A stretch of DNA of 64,000 nucleotides from an uncultured Pelagibacteraceae bacterium. GTDB lineage: Bacteria; Pseudomonadota; Alphaproteobacteria; Pelagibacterales; Pelagibacteraceae. The stretch spans positions 10,726-74,725 of the forward strand of contig CACJFE010000005.1 of NCBI GenBank assembly GCA_902592655.1, in the 5' to 3' direction. The position numbers and the translations under genes are program-made. Shown here one piece after another: positions 30,389 to 40,760 of this stretch (position 1 is its first letter; every line of letters starts with the position of its first letter). Below the pieces are notes generated by a model. It was not told the DNA's origin. It did no database searches and saw nothing but the letters and a program-made list of their open reading frames with translations.

Positions 30389-31477
30389 AGCCTGTTTTTA
30401 ATACCCTCTTCAATGAATAGATCTATATTGCCATCCAAAACACTATTCGGATTTGTATTTTCAACTTTATTTCTTAAGTCTTTTACAAGCTGATAAGGTT
30501 GTAATACATAAGACCTTATTTGATGTCCCCATCCTATATCAGTTTTATTACTTGAATCTTTTTGATTTTGTTCATCCCGTTTTTGCATTTCGTGTTCATA
30601 AAGTCTAGCTCTAAGCATTTTATAACATGTCTCTTTATTTTTATGTTGAGATCTTTCGTTTTGACATTGAACTACAATTTTTGTTGGCAAATGAGTTATC
30701 CTAACTGCACTATCAGTTGTATTTACATGCTGTCCACCTGCTCCGCTTGATCTGAAGGTATCGATTCTTAAATCTTTTTCCTCAATTTTAATATCAATGT
30801 CATCATCAACTACGGGGTATACCCATATACTAGCAAAACTTGTGTGTCTTCTTGCACCACTATCAAATGGTGAAATTCTTACTAATCTGTGAACTCCGGA
30901 CTCAGCTCTCATTAATCCATATAAATTTTTACCTTCAGCTTTAACTGTTGATGATTTTATACCAGCCTCTTCTCCTCTATGCTCACTTATAATTTGGTAG
31001 CGGAAATTTTTTTTATCAAACCATTTTAAATACATCCTTCTCAACATATCAGCCCAGTCTTGACTTTCGGTGCCTCCAGCGCCAGCATGAATTTCCAAGT
31101 AAATATCATAACTATCGTTCTCTCCAGATAAAAAACAACTAGTTTCCAACTCTTTAGTAGATTTATAAATCAAATCTATTTTCAAATTACAATCTTCTAT
31201 AACCTCCTCGTTTTTTTCTTGAGAAGCTAAATTAAATAATTCTTTAATGTTTGATATGTCTAAAGAAGTTTTTTTATAAAAATTAAGAATATCTTCAAAT
31301 ATTTTTTTTTGTTTAACTATCTTTTTAACTTGTTTTTTATCTTTCCAAAAATTTTCTTGTAAGAGTTTTTCTTCAAATTCTTTTAACTTAATTTTAACAT
31401 TATTTTTATCAAAGATACCCCCTAATATTATTAAGGGTCTTTTCAGCTAAACTTATTTTTGTTTCAAAATTTTGCAT
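30385..31477 (-). CDS. prfB: Peptide chain release factor 2 (programmed +1 frameshift, about 363 aa)
   Basis: ATG at 31477 gives 22 codons ending AGG GGG TAT CTT TGA. The +1 frame continues DKNNVK...FWKD and contains the SPF and GGQ motifs. Confidence 0.97.
31408..31423 (-). promoter_or_regulatory. prfB +1 ribosomal frameshift cassette
   Basis: AGGGGG-TAT-CTT-TGA-T: internal SD plus shifty stop. Confidence 0.95.
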
Positions 31478-33867
31478 TAATAAAATTGTCTAAACTTAAT
31501 GAGATTATCATACCCGCTTATCGATATTAAATTGTTATTGTCAATATTGTTAATATCTTTATCTTTTAAAGCCTCAATAATTGTATTTTTATCTGTAGGT
31601 AATGATTTTTGTCCTGTGTCATAATTTATTGATGTTAGAAATATATTATTCGGAACTTTAAAATCTTTAAAATCACTTTTAAATAGAGCATTTTCTACGA
31701 AATTCTTAAATACAGGCAAAGCAGCTTTTGAACCTGTCTCAAATTTTCCCAAAGTTTTAGGATTATCAAAACCTATATAAACACCAATTACTAGGTTTGA
31801 ACTAAACCCAATAAACCAAGCATCATAATTATCATTAGTTGTTCCTGTTTTGCCTGCTAAGGGAACTTGAAGAGCTCTTAATTTTTTTCCAGTGCCTCTT
31901 TCAACAGCCCCGTTGAGTATAGAGGTCATTTGATAAGCTGTTTCTTCACTAAAAACTCTTTTGTTAGTATTTTCAATTTTTGGCAATATGTTGGACTGGT
32001 CTATAAACTTATCACAGCCTAAACATTTTCTGTTTTTTATTTTATAAATTGTATTTCCTCTTCGATCTTGTATTCTAGAAATCAAATTAGGATCAACTTT
32101 TTTACCGCCATTAGCAAAAGATGCGTAAGCAGTTGTTAAATTTAATAGAGTTGTTTCAACTGCACCTAAAGAAACTGAGAGCAATTCAGGGATTTCGTTA
32201 TAAATATTTAGGTTTTTTGAAAGATCTAAAATTTTATCTAAACCTAAAATTTTAGCTACTCTTACTGTCATAAGATTTCTAGAATATTCAATACCTTTTC
32301 TTAGAGTTGTTGGTCCATAAAATTTTTTTCCGTAGTTTTCAGGTTTCCAATTTTTTAAACCGACACCTTGGCTTTCGACAAATGGGGCATCTAAAATTAT
32401 TGAGTTAGGAGAAAAACCATTCTCCAGTGCAGCTGCATATACTATCGGTTTAAAGGCTGAACCCGGTTGCCTTTTTGCTTGAGTAACTCTATTAAATTCA
32501 CTTAATTTAAAGTTAAATCCACCAACTAACGCTTTAACATCACCAGTAAATGGATCGAGGACTACTATACCTCCATTTACTTTTGGATACTGTTTTAGTT
32601 TCCATAACCCTTTTTCCTTTTTTACAAAGATAATATCTCCAACTTCAAATTTGTCTAAAATATTTTTTTTCCCCCTAATAGCCCATTTGATCTCATTTGC
32701 TTTTAAAATACCTTTTAAATTATTAGTAGTATCATCAATTATTCTAAATTTTATTTCGGATACATTAAGTTCATCTATTTCTGCAAATTTCCAATCAAGA
32801 GTTGGATCTAATTTAAAGTTTTCTATTTTATTTTTCCAATTTTTAGATTTTATCTTGTTTGTAACTGGCCCTCTCCAACCATGCCTTCTATCATACTCTT
32901 CTATACCTTTTCTTAATGAATCTATTGCCTGAATTTGATAGTTAATATTTAATGGTGTTTTTATACTAAGACCTTGAGAATAAAGTTTTTCAAATCCATA
33001 ATTTTCGTTGACTATTCGTCTAACTTCTTCTGTGTACGAATTAGCTTCATTTACTATTTCTATTTTTCTCCTCTTCAAATTCAAATCAGAATTTTTGAAT
33101 TTTTTTAATTGTTTTTTTGAAATAAAATTGTTTTCCTCTAAGTTTTTTAAAACTAAATTTCGTCTAAATTTTCCTAGCTCAGGATATTTGTAAGGATTAT
33201 ATTTACTTGGTGCTTTTGGCAGTGCAGCAAGTAACGCAGCATCTGGATAATCTAATTCTTTAATTGATTTATCAAAATATTCTAAACTTGCAGCAGCTAT
33301 ACCATAAGTTCCTTGACCTAAATAAATTTGATTTAAATATAATTCTAAAATTCTTTCCTTTGAATATGCTCTCTCAATTCTAAAAGCCAGTATTGCTTCT
33401 TTTATTTTTCTTCTAATTGAAACTTCATTTGTTAGTAGAAAATTTTTAGCAACCTGTTGAGTTATGGTGGATGCTCCTTCTAGCCTTTTGTTTTGAGATA
33501 TATTCTTAATATTATTAATCAGAGCTCTTAAAATTCCTTTTGCATCAACGCCTGGATGGTTAAAGAAGTTTTTATCTTCTGCAGAAAGAAAAGAATTAAT
33601 TACTATTTTTGGAATAGACTCATATGGTACAAATAGTCTTTTTTGTAACGCGTATTCTGCAATTAATTTACCGTCATCTGAGTAAACTCTACTTGATATT
33701 GGAGGTTGATAATTAGATAATTTTTTGTAATCAGGCAAACCTATAGAAAAATACCATAAGGTTGAAAAGATAAAAAACAAACTCACTATGAAAAAAACAA
33801 TTATAAATTTTGCTGAAAAATTGATAAATTTTAACATTTCACACTTTATCAATAAAAATTTTGACAT
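31477..33867 (-). CDS. mrcA: Penicillin-binding protein 1A
   Basis: AEDKNF, GASTITQQVAKN, RKIKE, SAFK, SRN, KTGT. Start may be the ATG at 33837. Confidence 0.95.
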   Translation of the reverse strand: MSKFLLIKCEMLKFINFSAKFIIVFFIVSLFFIFSTLWYFSIGLPDYKKLSNYQPPISSRVYSDDGKLIAEYALQKRLFVPYESIPKIVINSFLSAEDKNFFNHPGVDAKGILRALINNIKNISQNKRLEGASTITQQVAKNFLLTNEVSIRRKIKEAILAFRIERAYSKERILELYLNQIYLGQGTYGIAAASLEYFDKSIKELDYPDAALLAALPKAPSKYNPYKYPELGKFRRNLVLKNLEENNFISKKQLKKFKNSDLNLKRRKIEIVNEANSYTEEVRRIVNENYGFEKLYSQGLSIKTPLNINYQIQAIDSLRKGIEEYDRRHGWRGPVTNKIKSKNWKNKIENFKLDPTLDWKFAEIDELNVSEIKFRIIDDTTNNLKGILKANEIKWAIRGKKNILDKFEVGDIIFVKKEKGLWKLKQYPKVNGGIVVLDPFTGDVKALVGGFNFKLSEFNRVTQAKRQPGSAFKPIVYAAALENGFSPNSIILDAPFVESQGVGLKNWKPENYGKKFYGPTTLRKGIEYSRNLMTVRVAKILGLDKILDLSKNLNIYNEIPELLSVSLGAVETTLLNLTTAYASFANGGKKVDPNLISRIQDRRGNTIYKIKNRKCLGCDKFIDQSNILPKIENTNKRVFSEETAYQMTSILNGAVERGTGKKLRALQVPLAGKTGTTNDNYDAWFIGFSSNLVIGVYIGFDNPKTLGKFETGSKAALPVFKNFVENALFKSDFKDFKVPNNIFLTSINYDTGQKSLPTDKNTIIEALKDKDINNIDNNNLISISGYDNLIKFRQFY

Positions 33868-33981
33868 TCTTGAGGCATATTAATCTTATTAAGTATATTT
33901 ATTCAAAAATTTGTATTAAAATATAAGTATGGGAAAATTAAAATTGACAGATTTCAATATACTAAAAGGAATTCAATTAAA

Positions 33982-35790
33982 ATGGAAAAAAATTTATATG
34001 TCGACGCCTCGCGTCCTAATCAAACTAGAATTGTGCTTAAATCGAATGACTCAATCGAAGAGTATGAATTTGAAGATAAAAACAATTTAAATTTTAAAAA
34101 TAATATATATCTAGGAACTATAAGTAGGGTTGAGCCATCTTTACAGGCTGCATTTGTAAATTTTGGAAGAGAAAGGCACGGATTTTTAGCTTTCAATGAT
34201 ATCCAATCTGATTACTACCAAATTCCATCTGAGGATAAAGAAAGATTAAGAATTGTCGAGGAGGAAATTAGAGAAAATTTAAAAGATAAAAATGAAAATA
34301 TTCAACAAGAGAATTCTAATGATGAACCTTCAACAAATTTAAATGATATAAATAAAGAAGATGCAGATAATACAAAAAATAATGAAGTAAATAAAAAAGA
34401 ATATAGAGAAGAAATTAAATCTTCATACGGAATAAAAAGATACAAAATTCAAGAAGTAATTAAACCAGGTCAAGTTATCTTAATACAAGTGATCAAGGAA
34501 GAAAGAGGACAAAAAGGAGCTGCTCTTACCACATTTATATCTCTTGCCGGTAAATATATTGTTTTAATGCCAAATACACCGAAAGGTGGTGGTATTTCCA
34601 GAAAAATTTTTAATTCGAGTGATAGACAAAAAATTAGAAGTATTCTTGAAGAAATTAAAATTCCAAAAAGTATGGGTGTTATAGTTAGAACAGCTGGGGC
34701 TAATAAAACAAAAAATGAGATAGATAAAGACTTTCAAAATACAATCAAAACTTGGGAAGAAATTAAAGACAAAGCTTTGGACTCTAATGCTCCTTCGTTA
34801 GTTTATGAAGAGGGCGATATTATTAAAAGAACTTTAAGAGACACCTACGATAATGATACAAAAAATATTTATGTTGAAGGGAATGAGGCATACCAAAAAG
34901 CTAAAAAGTTTATGAAAGAGTTAATGCCTAAAAATGTAAAAAATATAAAAAAATATAGAGGAAAAATACCTCTTTTTAATTTTGCAAATATTGAAAAAGA
35001 ATTAAATAATATATACGAGCCAACTGTAAAGTTAAAATCTGGTGGCTATTTAGTAATTAATCCTACAGAAGCTTTGGTATCAATTGATATAAATTCTGGA
35101 CAATCAACTAAGCAAACTAATATTGAAAAAACTGCTTTAAACACAAATCTTGAAGCTGCCGAGGAAATAGCGCGCCAAATTAAGCTTAGAGATTTATCGG
35201 GATTAATTGTAGTTGATTTTATAGATATGATAAATTTTTATAATCGAAGAAATGTTGAGAGGAAAATGAGGGAAAGTATTAGAAAAGATAGAGCTAGAAT
35301 TCAAATTGGCAGAATTAGTAATTTTGGTTTGTTGGAGATGACACGCCAGAGATTGAGAGAGGGATCTATAAGTTGGGAAACTCAGCTGTCACTAGGGTCT
35401 TTTTCTCAAAAAATATTAAAGAAAATTCAAAACTTAGCCTTTACTGATAAAGTGAAAATTATAAAAACATATGTCCCTGAAAAAGTAAAAATTTTTATCG
35501 AAAAAAACCTTTTAGATGAATTAAAGTTCTTTCAGAAAAAATACTTATTCAAGATTGAAATTTATTCTAACGAAAAATTAATTATACCAGAATATAAGAT
35601 TGAATTATTTAATAAATCGAAAAAAATGATAAATAAAGTAGAAAATATAAATGAAATTCAAATTATTACAAAATTAATTGATAATAAAATAAAACCAAAA
35701 AAAGAAAGTAAAAAAGTTAAAAAAGAAACTAAAAAAGTTAAAACCAAAAAAAAATTAAGGACGCTTTGGGTAAGGAGAAAAAAAAATTAA
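33982..35790 (+). CDS. rne: Ribonuclease E/G
   Basis: [44 protein letters not shown]. Acidic insert in the S1 domain. Confidence 0.93.
   Translation: MEKNLYVDASRPNQTRIVLKSNDSIEEYEFEDKNNLNFKNNIYLGTISRVEPSLQAAFVNFGRERHGFLAFNDIQSDYYQIPSEDKERLRIVEEEIRENLKDKNENIQQENSNDEPSTNLNDINKEDADNTKNNEVNKKEYREEIKSSYGIKRYKIQEVIKPGQVILIQVIKEERGQKGAALTTFISLAGKYIVLMPNTPKGGGISRKIFNSSDRQKIRSILEEIKIPKSMGVIVRTAGANKTKNEIDKDFQNTIKTWEEIKDKALDSNAPSLVYEEGDIIKRTLRDTYDNDTKNIYVEGNEAYQKAKKFMKELMPKNVKNIKKYRGKIPLFNFANIEKELNNIYEPTVKLKSGGYLVINPTEALVSIDINSGQSTKQTNIEKTALNTNLEAAEEIARQIKLRDLSGLIVVDFIDMINFYNRRNVERKMRESIRKDRARIQIGRISNFGLLEMTRQRLREGSISWETQLSLGSFSQKILKKIQNLAFTDKVKIIKTYVPEKVKIFIEKNLLDELKFFQKKYLFKIEIYSNEKLIIPEYKIELFNKSKKMINKVENINEIQIITKLIDNKIKPKKESKKVKKETKKVKTKKKLRTLWVRRKKN
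35701..35742 (+). repeat. 21-bp tandem duplication in the rne 3' end ([14 protein letters not shown])
   Basis: aaagaaagtaaaaaagttaaa followed by aaagaaactaaaaaagttaaa, one mismatch. Confidence 0.7.
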
Positions 35791-36560
35791 ATTAATCCTT
35801 TTTTAGGAGAACTTGGAGAAGCATTATTTAGTTTTTTCATTCTTCCGCTTAAGTAAGCATTACGACCAGAAATTACAGCATCTTTAAAAGCTTTGGCCAT
35901 TAAAATTGGTTTCTGAGCCATTGCAATGGCACTATTAATTAATACTCCATCACAACCTAATTCCATTGAAATTGTTGCATCTGATGCTGTGCCAATTCCT
36001 GCATCTACAATGATTGGAACTTTTGACTGTTTAACAATTAATGAGATATTTATTTTATTAAGCAACCCTAGTCCTGAACCAATAGGTGAAGCAAGAGGCA
36101 TAATAGCCGACGCTCCAAGGTCCTCTAATTGTTTTGCCATTAATACATCATCTGTGCAATAGACCATAACCTTGAATCCTTCTTTAACCAATACTTTTGT
36201 GGATTTGATTGTCTCTATCATGTTAGGATAAAGAGTTTTTTTATCACCTAAAACTTCAAGTTTTACTAACTTCCAGCCTCCCATTTCTCTGGCTAACCTT
36301 AAAGTTCTTAAGGCTTCCTCTGAACTAAAGCAGCCAGCAGTATTTGGTAATAAAGTAATTTTTTTTGAATTAATATAATCTGTGAGTATTGGTTTTTTTT
36401 TATTGGTTATATTCACTCTTCTTACTGCGACTGTCACTAAATCTGCCCCTGAAGTTTCAATAGCTTTTGCTGTTTCTAAAAAATTTTTATATTTGCCTGT
36501 TCCAACTATTAATCTTGACTTAAAAATTTTGTTTGCAATTTTAAATAAATCTCTCTTCAA
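35787..36560 (-). CDS. thiG: Thiazole synthase
   Basis: [36 protein letters not shown]. Probable TTG start at 36560 after the SD GGAGG. Confidence 0.95.
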   Translation of the reverse strand: MKRDLFKIANKIFKSRLIVGTGKYKNFLETAKAIETSGADLVTVAVRRVNITNKKKPILTDYINSKKITLLPNTAGCFSSEEALRTLRLAREMGGWKLVKLEVLGDKKTLYPNMIETIKSTKVLVKEGFKVMVYCTDDVLMAKQLEDLGASAIMPLASPIGSGLGLLNKINISLIVKQSKVPIIVDAGIGTASDATISMELGCDGVLINSAIAMAQKPILMAKAFKDAVISGRNAYLSGRMKKLNNASPSSPKKGLI

Positions 36561-36561
36561 A

Positions 36562-36765
36562 TTACCCTCCGCCAATAAAATGAACTATTTCTAATACGTC
36601 ATTTTTTTTTAAATGCTTTTTACTATAATTCGATTTTTGAATAATTTTTCCATTGTGCTCTATAGCTATCTTGTTGCTATCTAATTTATATTTCTTCAAA
36701 ATTTCTGATATTGACGACCCTGTTTTAATTGTTATTTTTCTTCCATTTAATTGTATTTTTGCCAT
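36562..36765 (-). CDS. thiS: Sulfur carrier protein ThiS
   Basis: Small ubiquitin-like protein ending EIVHFIGGG, adjacent to thiG. Confidence 0.93.
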   Translation of the reverse strand: MAKIQLNGRKITIKTGSSISEILKKYKLDSNKIAIEHNGKIIQKSNYSKKHLKKNDVLEIVHFIGGG

Positions 36766-36799
36766 AATTAAGTTATTCAAATTTTATAATTAATAATTG

Positions 36800-37237
36800 A
36801 TGAAAAAAATTATAATTCTTAACGGTCCAAATCTCAACCTTTTAGGTGAAAGAGAAAAAAATCAATATGGTAATTTTACGCTAAAGGATATAGAGAAAAA
36901 ATGTCATGATTTCGGTAAAAAAAATCATTTAGAAGTTTCATTATTTCAATCAAATATTGAAGGCGAGCTTGTGGAAAAAATACAAGACTCTAGAAAAAAA
37001 CATCAAGGTCTAATTATAAATGCTGGCGGCTATACACATACCTCAGTGGCAATACATGATGCTTTAAAAATCCTTAAAATACCAATTATTGAATTGCATA
37101 TAACAAATATTTATAATAGAGAGGAATTCAGACATAAGTCTCTTATAAGCAGAGTTGCTAATGGGGTAATTTGTGGTTTTGGATCTGAAGGTTATGTTAT
37201 GTCATTACAAGCTATGAAGTTATTTATAAAAGAATGA
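36800..37237 (+). CDS. aroQ: Type II 3-dehydroquinate dehydratase
   Basis: NGPNLNLLG.RE...YG, QSN.EG, THTSVAI.DA, REEFRH.S. Confidence 0.96.
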   Translation: MKKIIILNGPNLNLLGEREKNQYGNFTLKDIEKKCHDFGKKNHLEVSLFQSNIEGELVEKIQDSRKKHQGLIINAGGYTHTSVAIHDALKILKIPIIELHITNIYNREEFRHKSLISRVANGVICGFGSEGYVMSLQAMKLFIKE

Positions 37238-37662
37238 AAATAGATAAAAAGTTAATAAAAGAGCTAGTTGATAATTTAAAAGATTTCAATCTTACTGAAT
37301 TAGAATATCAAGAAGGTCAAACTAAAATTAGAGTTTCAAGAGCATCAAAAGGTATTGAGACTTCTAAAACTGGTGCAATGGTTTCTCCCAATAAATCTGT
37401 CTTAAAAAATACTGAGGATAGTAGCGAAGGTATCAGAATAAAATCTCCAATAATTGGAACTGCTTATTTGGCTCCTGAACCAGGAGCTAAAAAATTCGTT
37501 GATGTTGGTCAAAAAGTAAAAAAGGGCCAAACAATTATGATAGTTGAAGCCATGAAGACAATGAATCATGTTCCATCTACAAGCGATGGTGTTGTTAATA
37601 AAATATTAGTAGAAGACGGACAGCCTGTTGAATTCGGCCAAACCTTAATCGTTTTGAAATAA
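37234..37662 (+). CDS. accB: Biotin carboxyl carrier protein
   Basis: EAMKTMN biotinylation motif. Confidence 0.96.
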   Translation: MKIDKKLIKELVDNLKDFNLTELEYQEGQTKIRVSRASKGIETSKTGAMVSPNKSVLKNTEDSSEGIRIKSPIIGTAYLAPEPGAKKFVDVGQKVKKGQTIMIVEAMKTMNHVPSTSDGVVNKILVEDGQPVEFGQTLIVLK

Positions 37663-37665
37663 TTA

Positions 37666-39003
37666 ATGTTTAAAAAAGTATTGATAGCTAACAGAGGAGA
37701 AATCGCTGTCCGAGTAATAAGAGCATGTAAAGAATGGGGTATATCTACAGTAGCAGTTCACTCAGATGTAGATTCAGAGTCTATGCATGTAAGATTAGCG
37801 GATGAAAGTGTGTGTATTGGATCTCATCAACCTCAGAATAGTTATTTGAACATATCTTCAATAATGTCTGCTGTTGATTTGACTGGAGCAGAGGCTATTC
37901 ACCCTGGTTATGGCTTTTTGTCAGAGAACGCAAAATTTTCAGAAATTGTTAATAAACACGGTATAAAATTTATTGGCCCAAGTGCTGATATTATTTCTAA
38001 GATGGGAGATAAAATTGAGGCCAAAAGAATTGCAAAAAAATTTGGCCTGCCAATAATAGAGGGATCTGAAGCTAGTGTTAAATCTATTTCAGAAGCTAAA
38101 TCTATTTCTAAAGAAATTGGATATCCAGTTTTAATTAAAGCTGCTGGTGGCGGTGGTGGAAAAGGAATGAAAATTGTTGACGATGAAAACAAATTAGAAA
38201 GTTTATTTCTCACGGCAAAATCCGAGGCAAAAAAATTTTTTAATAATGATGAATTATACATAGAAAAATATTTTAAGAATCCAAGACATATTGAAGTTCA
38301 AGTTATGTCAGGAAAAAATAAAACCGTGCATTTAGCTGAAAGAGATTGTTCTGTACAAAGGCGACATCAAAAGTTAATTGAGGAAACTCCTAGTCCAGTT
38401 TTAACTGATGAAATCAGAAAAGATCTTTTTGAAAAGACAGTAAAAATGGTTGAACAAATAAATTATGAAGGTGCAGGCACAGTTGAATTCATATATGAAA
38501 ATGGAAAATTTTATTTTTTAGAGATGAATACTAGGGTTCAAGTTGAGCACCCAGTAACAGAGGTGCAAACGGGTATTGATATAGTCAAAGAGCAACTCTG
38601 GATTGCTTTTACAGGAGAAACTGCTTTAAAACAAAGCGATATAAATCCAAGAGGTCATACCATTGAATGTAGAATAAACGCCGAAAACCCTGCCTTAAAT
38701 TTCCAACCTAGTCCTGGAACGATTAATGTCTGTCATCAACCCTCCGGTTTTAGAACAAGGGTTGATGGTTCAGTTTTTCAAGGATGTAAAATAACTCCTT
38801 ATTATGACAGTTTGATTGCTAAAGTCATCTGTAAAGGAAGAAATAGAACAGAAGCTATACAAAGAACTTTGAGATCACTAGATGAATTTGTTCTGGAAGG
38901 AATAACAACAACAATTGATCTTCATAAGAAAATATTAAACCATAAAAAATTTATAAACTCTGATTTTGATACTAATTGGCTTGGAAAAGAGAAATTTTAT
39001 TAA
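37666..39003 (+). CDS. accC: Biotin carboxylase
   Basis: ANRGEIA, HPGYGFLSEN, GGGGKG, EMNTRVQVEH. Confidence 0.97.
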   Translation: MFKKVLIANRGEIAVRVIRACKEWGISTVAVHSDVDSESMHVRLADESVCIGSHQPQNSYLNISSIMSAVDLTGAEAIHPGYGFLSENAKFSEIVNKHGIKFIGPSADIISKMGDKIEAKRIAKKFGLPIIEGSEASVKSISEAKSISKEIGYPVLIKAAGGGGGKGMKIVDDENKLESLFLTAKSEAKKFFNNDELYIEKYFKNPRHIEVQVMSGKNKTVHLAERDCSVQRRHQKLIEETPSPVLTDEIRKDLFEKTVKMVEQINYEGAGTVEFIYENGKFYFLEMNTRVQVEHPVTEVQTGIDIVKEQLWIAFTGETALKQSDINPRGHTIECRINAENPALNFQPSPGTINVCHQPSGFRTRVDGSVFQGCKITPYYDSLIAKVICKGRNRTEAIQRTLRSLDEFVLEGITTTIDLHKKILNHKKFINSDFDTNWLGKEKFY

Positions 39004-39500
39004 ACATTTTGACAATTTAACAATTGCAAATCGTAAATAGCATGATCGAATGGCGTTAAATTAGGATCAGAGGAAAACGTCCAACCATTAAAAATAAAAA
39101 CCTTTTCATTTTCATTGTTTGTGAAATCTTTAACCTGCATATAAGCCACATCTTCAATTTTATTGTTTACTTTCACTTTATCACACTTCAATATTTTGAT
39201 TTCTAAAGGTCCAAATTTTTTCGACTCATCAATATTAATTTTTAATTTTGAAGACTTTGCAGTAATCTTATCTAAGCCAATTAGGATTGCATGTGCCGAA
39301 TTAGAAAATTCGTTTTCTTTTTTTTTAATTTTTATATCATTTTTATTATCGTAATTTACATTCTTTTCTTCTTCTTCGAAACTGGGCTTTATTTTATCTA
39401 TATTTAAAAGTGGCGAGGTAGTGATTCTACTTTCAGCAAATAAGTTTGTACAGAAAAGAGCAATTACTAAGTGAATTATTAAATTATTTCCAAGTCTCAT
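39000..39500 (-). CDS. DUF2155-like secreted protein
   Basis: Signal peptide; GLDKITA...FG.L.I...C...IFNGW.F...P.L..FDH.IYD..L..C. Sits next to NDUFA12 as in other alphaproteobacteria. Confidence 0.75.
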   Translation of the reverse strand: MRLGNNLIIHLVIALFCTNLFAESRITTSPLLNIDKIKPSFEEEEKNVNYDNKNDIKIKKKENEFSNSAHAILIGLDKITAKSSKLKINIDESKKFGPLEIKILKCDKVKVNNKIEDVAYMQVKDFTNNENEKVFIFNGWTFSSDPNLTPFDHAIYDLQLLNCQNV

Positions 39501-39843
39501 ATTTTTTGTTGATCTTTTCTTTTTTAATCTTTATTGGTTTATGAGAGTTTTGAGTACCAGTTTGATTTTCTTGATGGTCTTTTTGCCAATTATATTTTTT
39601 TTTATTAATATCATCTTTATTTGGAATTATATCAGTAGTATGATGCATCCATAAATACCAATCTGTTGTAATTTTTGTAGCCTCAACATTGTTTGAGTAG
39701 ACTACCCACCTTTCGTTTCTTTTATTTTTATAATATTTATTTCCAAACTGGTCATGACCTACGTATTTTCCTGTAAATAAAGTTTTTAAAAAAGTTCCGA
39801 AGGTCTGTTTATTCCACCAAGTAAAAATTACATTCAAGCTCAT
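39484..39843 (-). CDS. NADH:ubiquinone oxidoreductase NDUFA12-family protein
   Basis: FTWW...T.GT, VG.D.FGNKYY, RWVVY, W..WMHH, N.TGT. Confidence 0.9.
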   Translation of the reverse strand: MSLNVIFTWWNKQTFGTFLKTLFTGKYVGHDQFGNKYYKNKRNERWVVYSNNVEATKITTDWYLWMHHTTDIIPNKDDINKKKYNWQKDHQENQTGTQNSHKPIKIKKEKINKKYETWK

Positions 39844-39941
39844 ATTAAAAATTTAAAGTCCACACAATTTTAAAGTGTATAATTAAATAATAGACACTTA
39901 CAGCATATACTATATATCTTCAATATTAGATACAATTAATT

Positions 39942-40760
39942 ATGAAAAAATATATCGTAGAAACTTATTATACATGTACATTTAAAACAGTTCATAAGCT
40001 AAACAATCTTAATGAAAAAGAGTTATCAAAGATTGATGAAAGGAATGATGGAGATGTTGAGGTAATTGATGTAAAATTAAATAATAGAAAAACAAAAAAA
40101 TTAGGTGAAATAAAAAGTTCAAAAACTTCAGAAAATAAAATTGTAAACCCAATACCAAAACAGTTATCTGATAAAACTTCTAAAAATAACAAAATTGAGA
40201 ATATAGAACATAAAAATTTAAGGTTTAAATCAAACTCACGTTTCAAAATGCCAGATAGAAGGAAAGGCTATATACAAAAAGCACAAATAGGAGATCACAA
40301 GGTTTATTTACACACTGGTGAATATGATGACGGCAGGATAGGTGAAATTTTTATTGATACCAACAAAGAGGGGGAGCTTGTAAAAGCAATGATGAATAAT
40401 TTTGCTATAGCTATATCTTTAGGTCTTCAGTATGGCGTACCTTTAGATGAGTATGTTGACGCGTTTATTGATACAAAATTCGAACCTTCAGGTAATGTTG
40501 TTGGTAATGATAGAATATTAAGTGCATCCTCAATTTTGGACTATGTCTTTAGAGAATTAGCTATTTCTTATCTTGGTAAAGAAGAGTTAGCTCATACGCC
40601 TTCGATTGCCTCAAATAAAAATATTCCGGCTGAAAGTCGAGACGAGAAGTTCATTAAGATTGTTAAAAACATTACATCTAAAGGTTTTGTGAGAAGCAAT
40701 TTAGAAGAGAAATTGGTCGATTTATCTGATGTTAGGATTAATCTTAAAACTAAAAATTAG
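39942..40760 (+). CDS. Stand-alone protein with the TSCPD-like C-terminal domain of class II ribonucleotide reductase (no catalytic barrel)
   Basis: [38 protein letters not shown]...[26 protein letters not shown]...FEP.G...[15 protein letters not shown] matches the alphaproteobacterial NrdJ C-terminal region. Confidence 0.8.
   Translation: MKKYIVETYYTCTFKTVHKLNNLNEKELSKIDERNDGDVEVIDVKLNNRKTKKLGEIKSSKTSENKIVNPIPKQLSDKTSKNNKIENIEHKNLRFKSNSRFKMPDRRKGYIQKAQIGDHKVYLHTGEYDDGRIGEIFIDTNKEGELVKAMMNNFAIAISLGLQYGVPLDEYVDAFIDTKFEPSGNVVGNDRILSASSILDYVFRELAISYLGKEELAHTPSIASNKNIPAESRDEKFIKIVKNITSKGFVRSNLEEKLVDLSDVRINLKTKN

Noticed and set aside
36766-36799. TPP riboswitch upstream of thiS-thiG
   Set aside because: The divergent spacer is only about 35 bp and lacks the conserved TPP aptamer motifs.
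39862-39922. Possible NrdR boxes upstream of the NrdJ-like fragment (ACACAATTTTAAAGTGT; ATACTATATATCTTCA)
   Set aside because: The first is one base too long, the second matches poorly, and their spacing does not fit the usual tandem arrangement.
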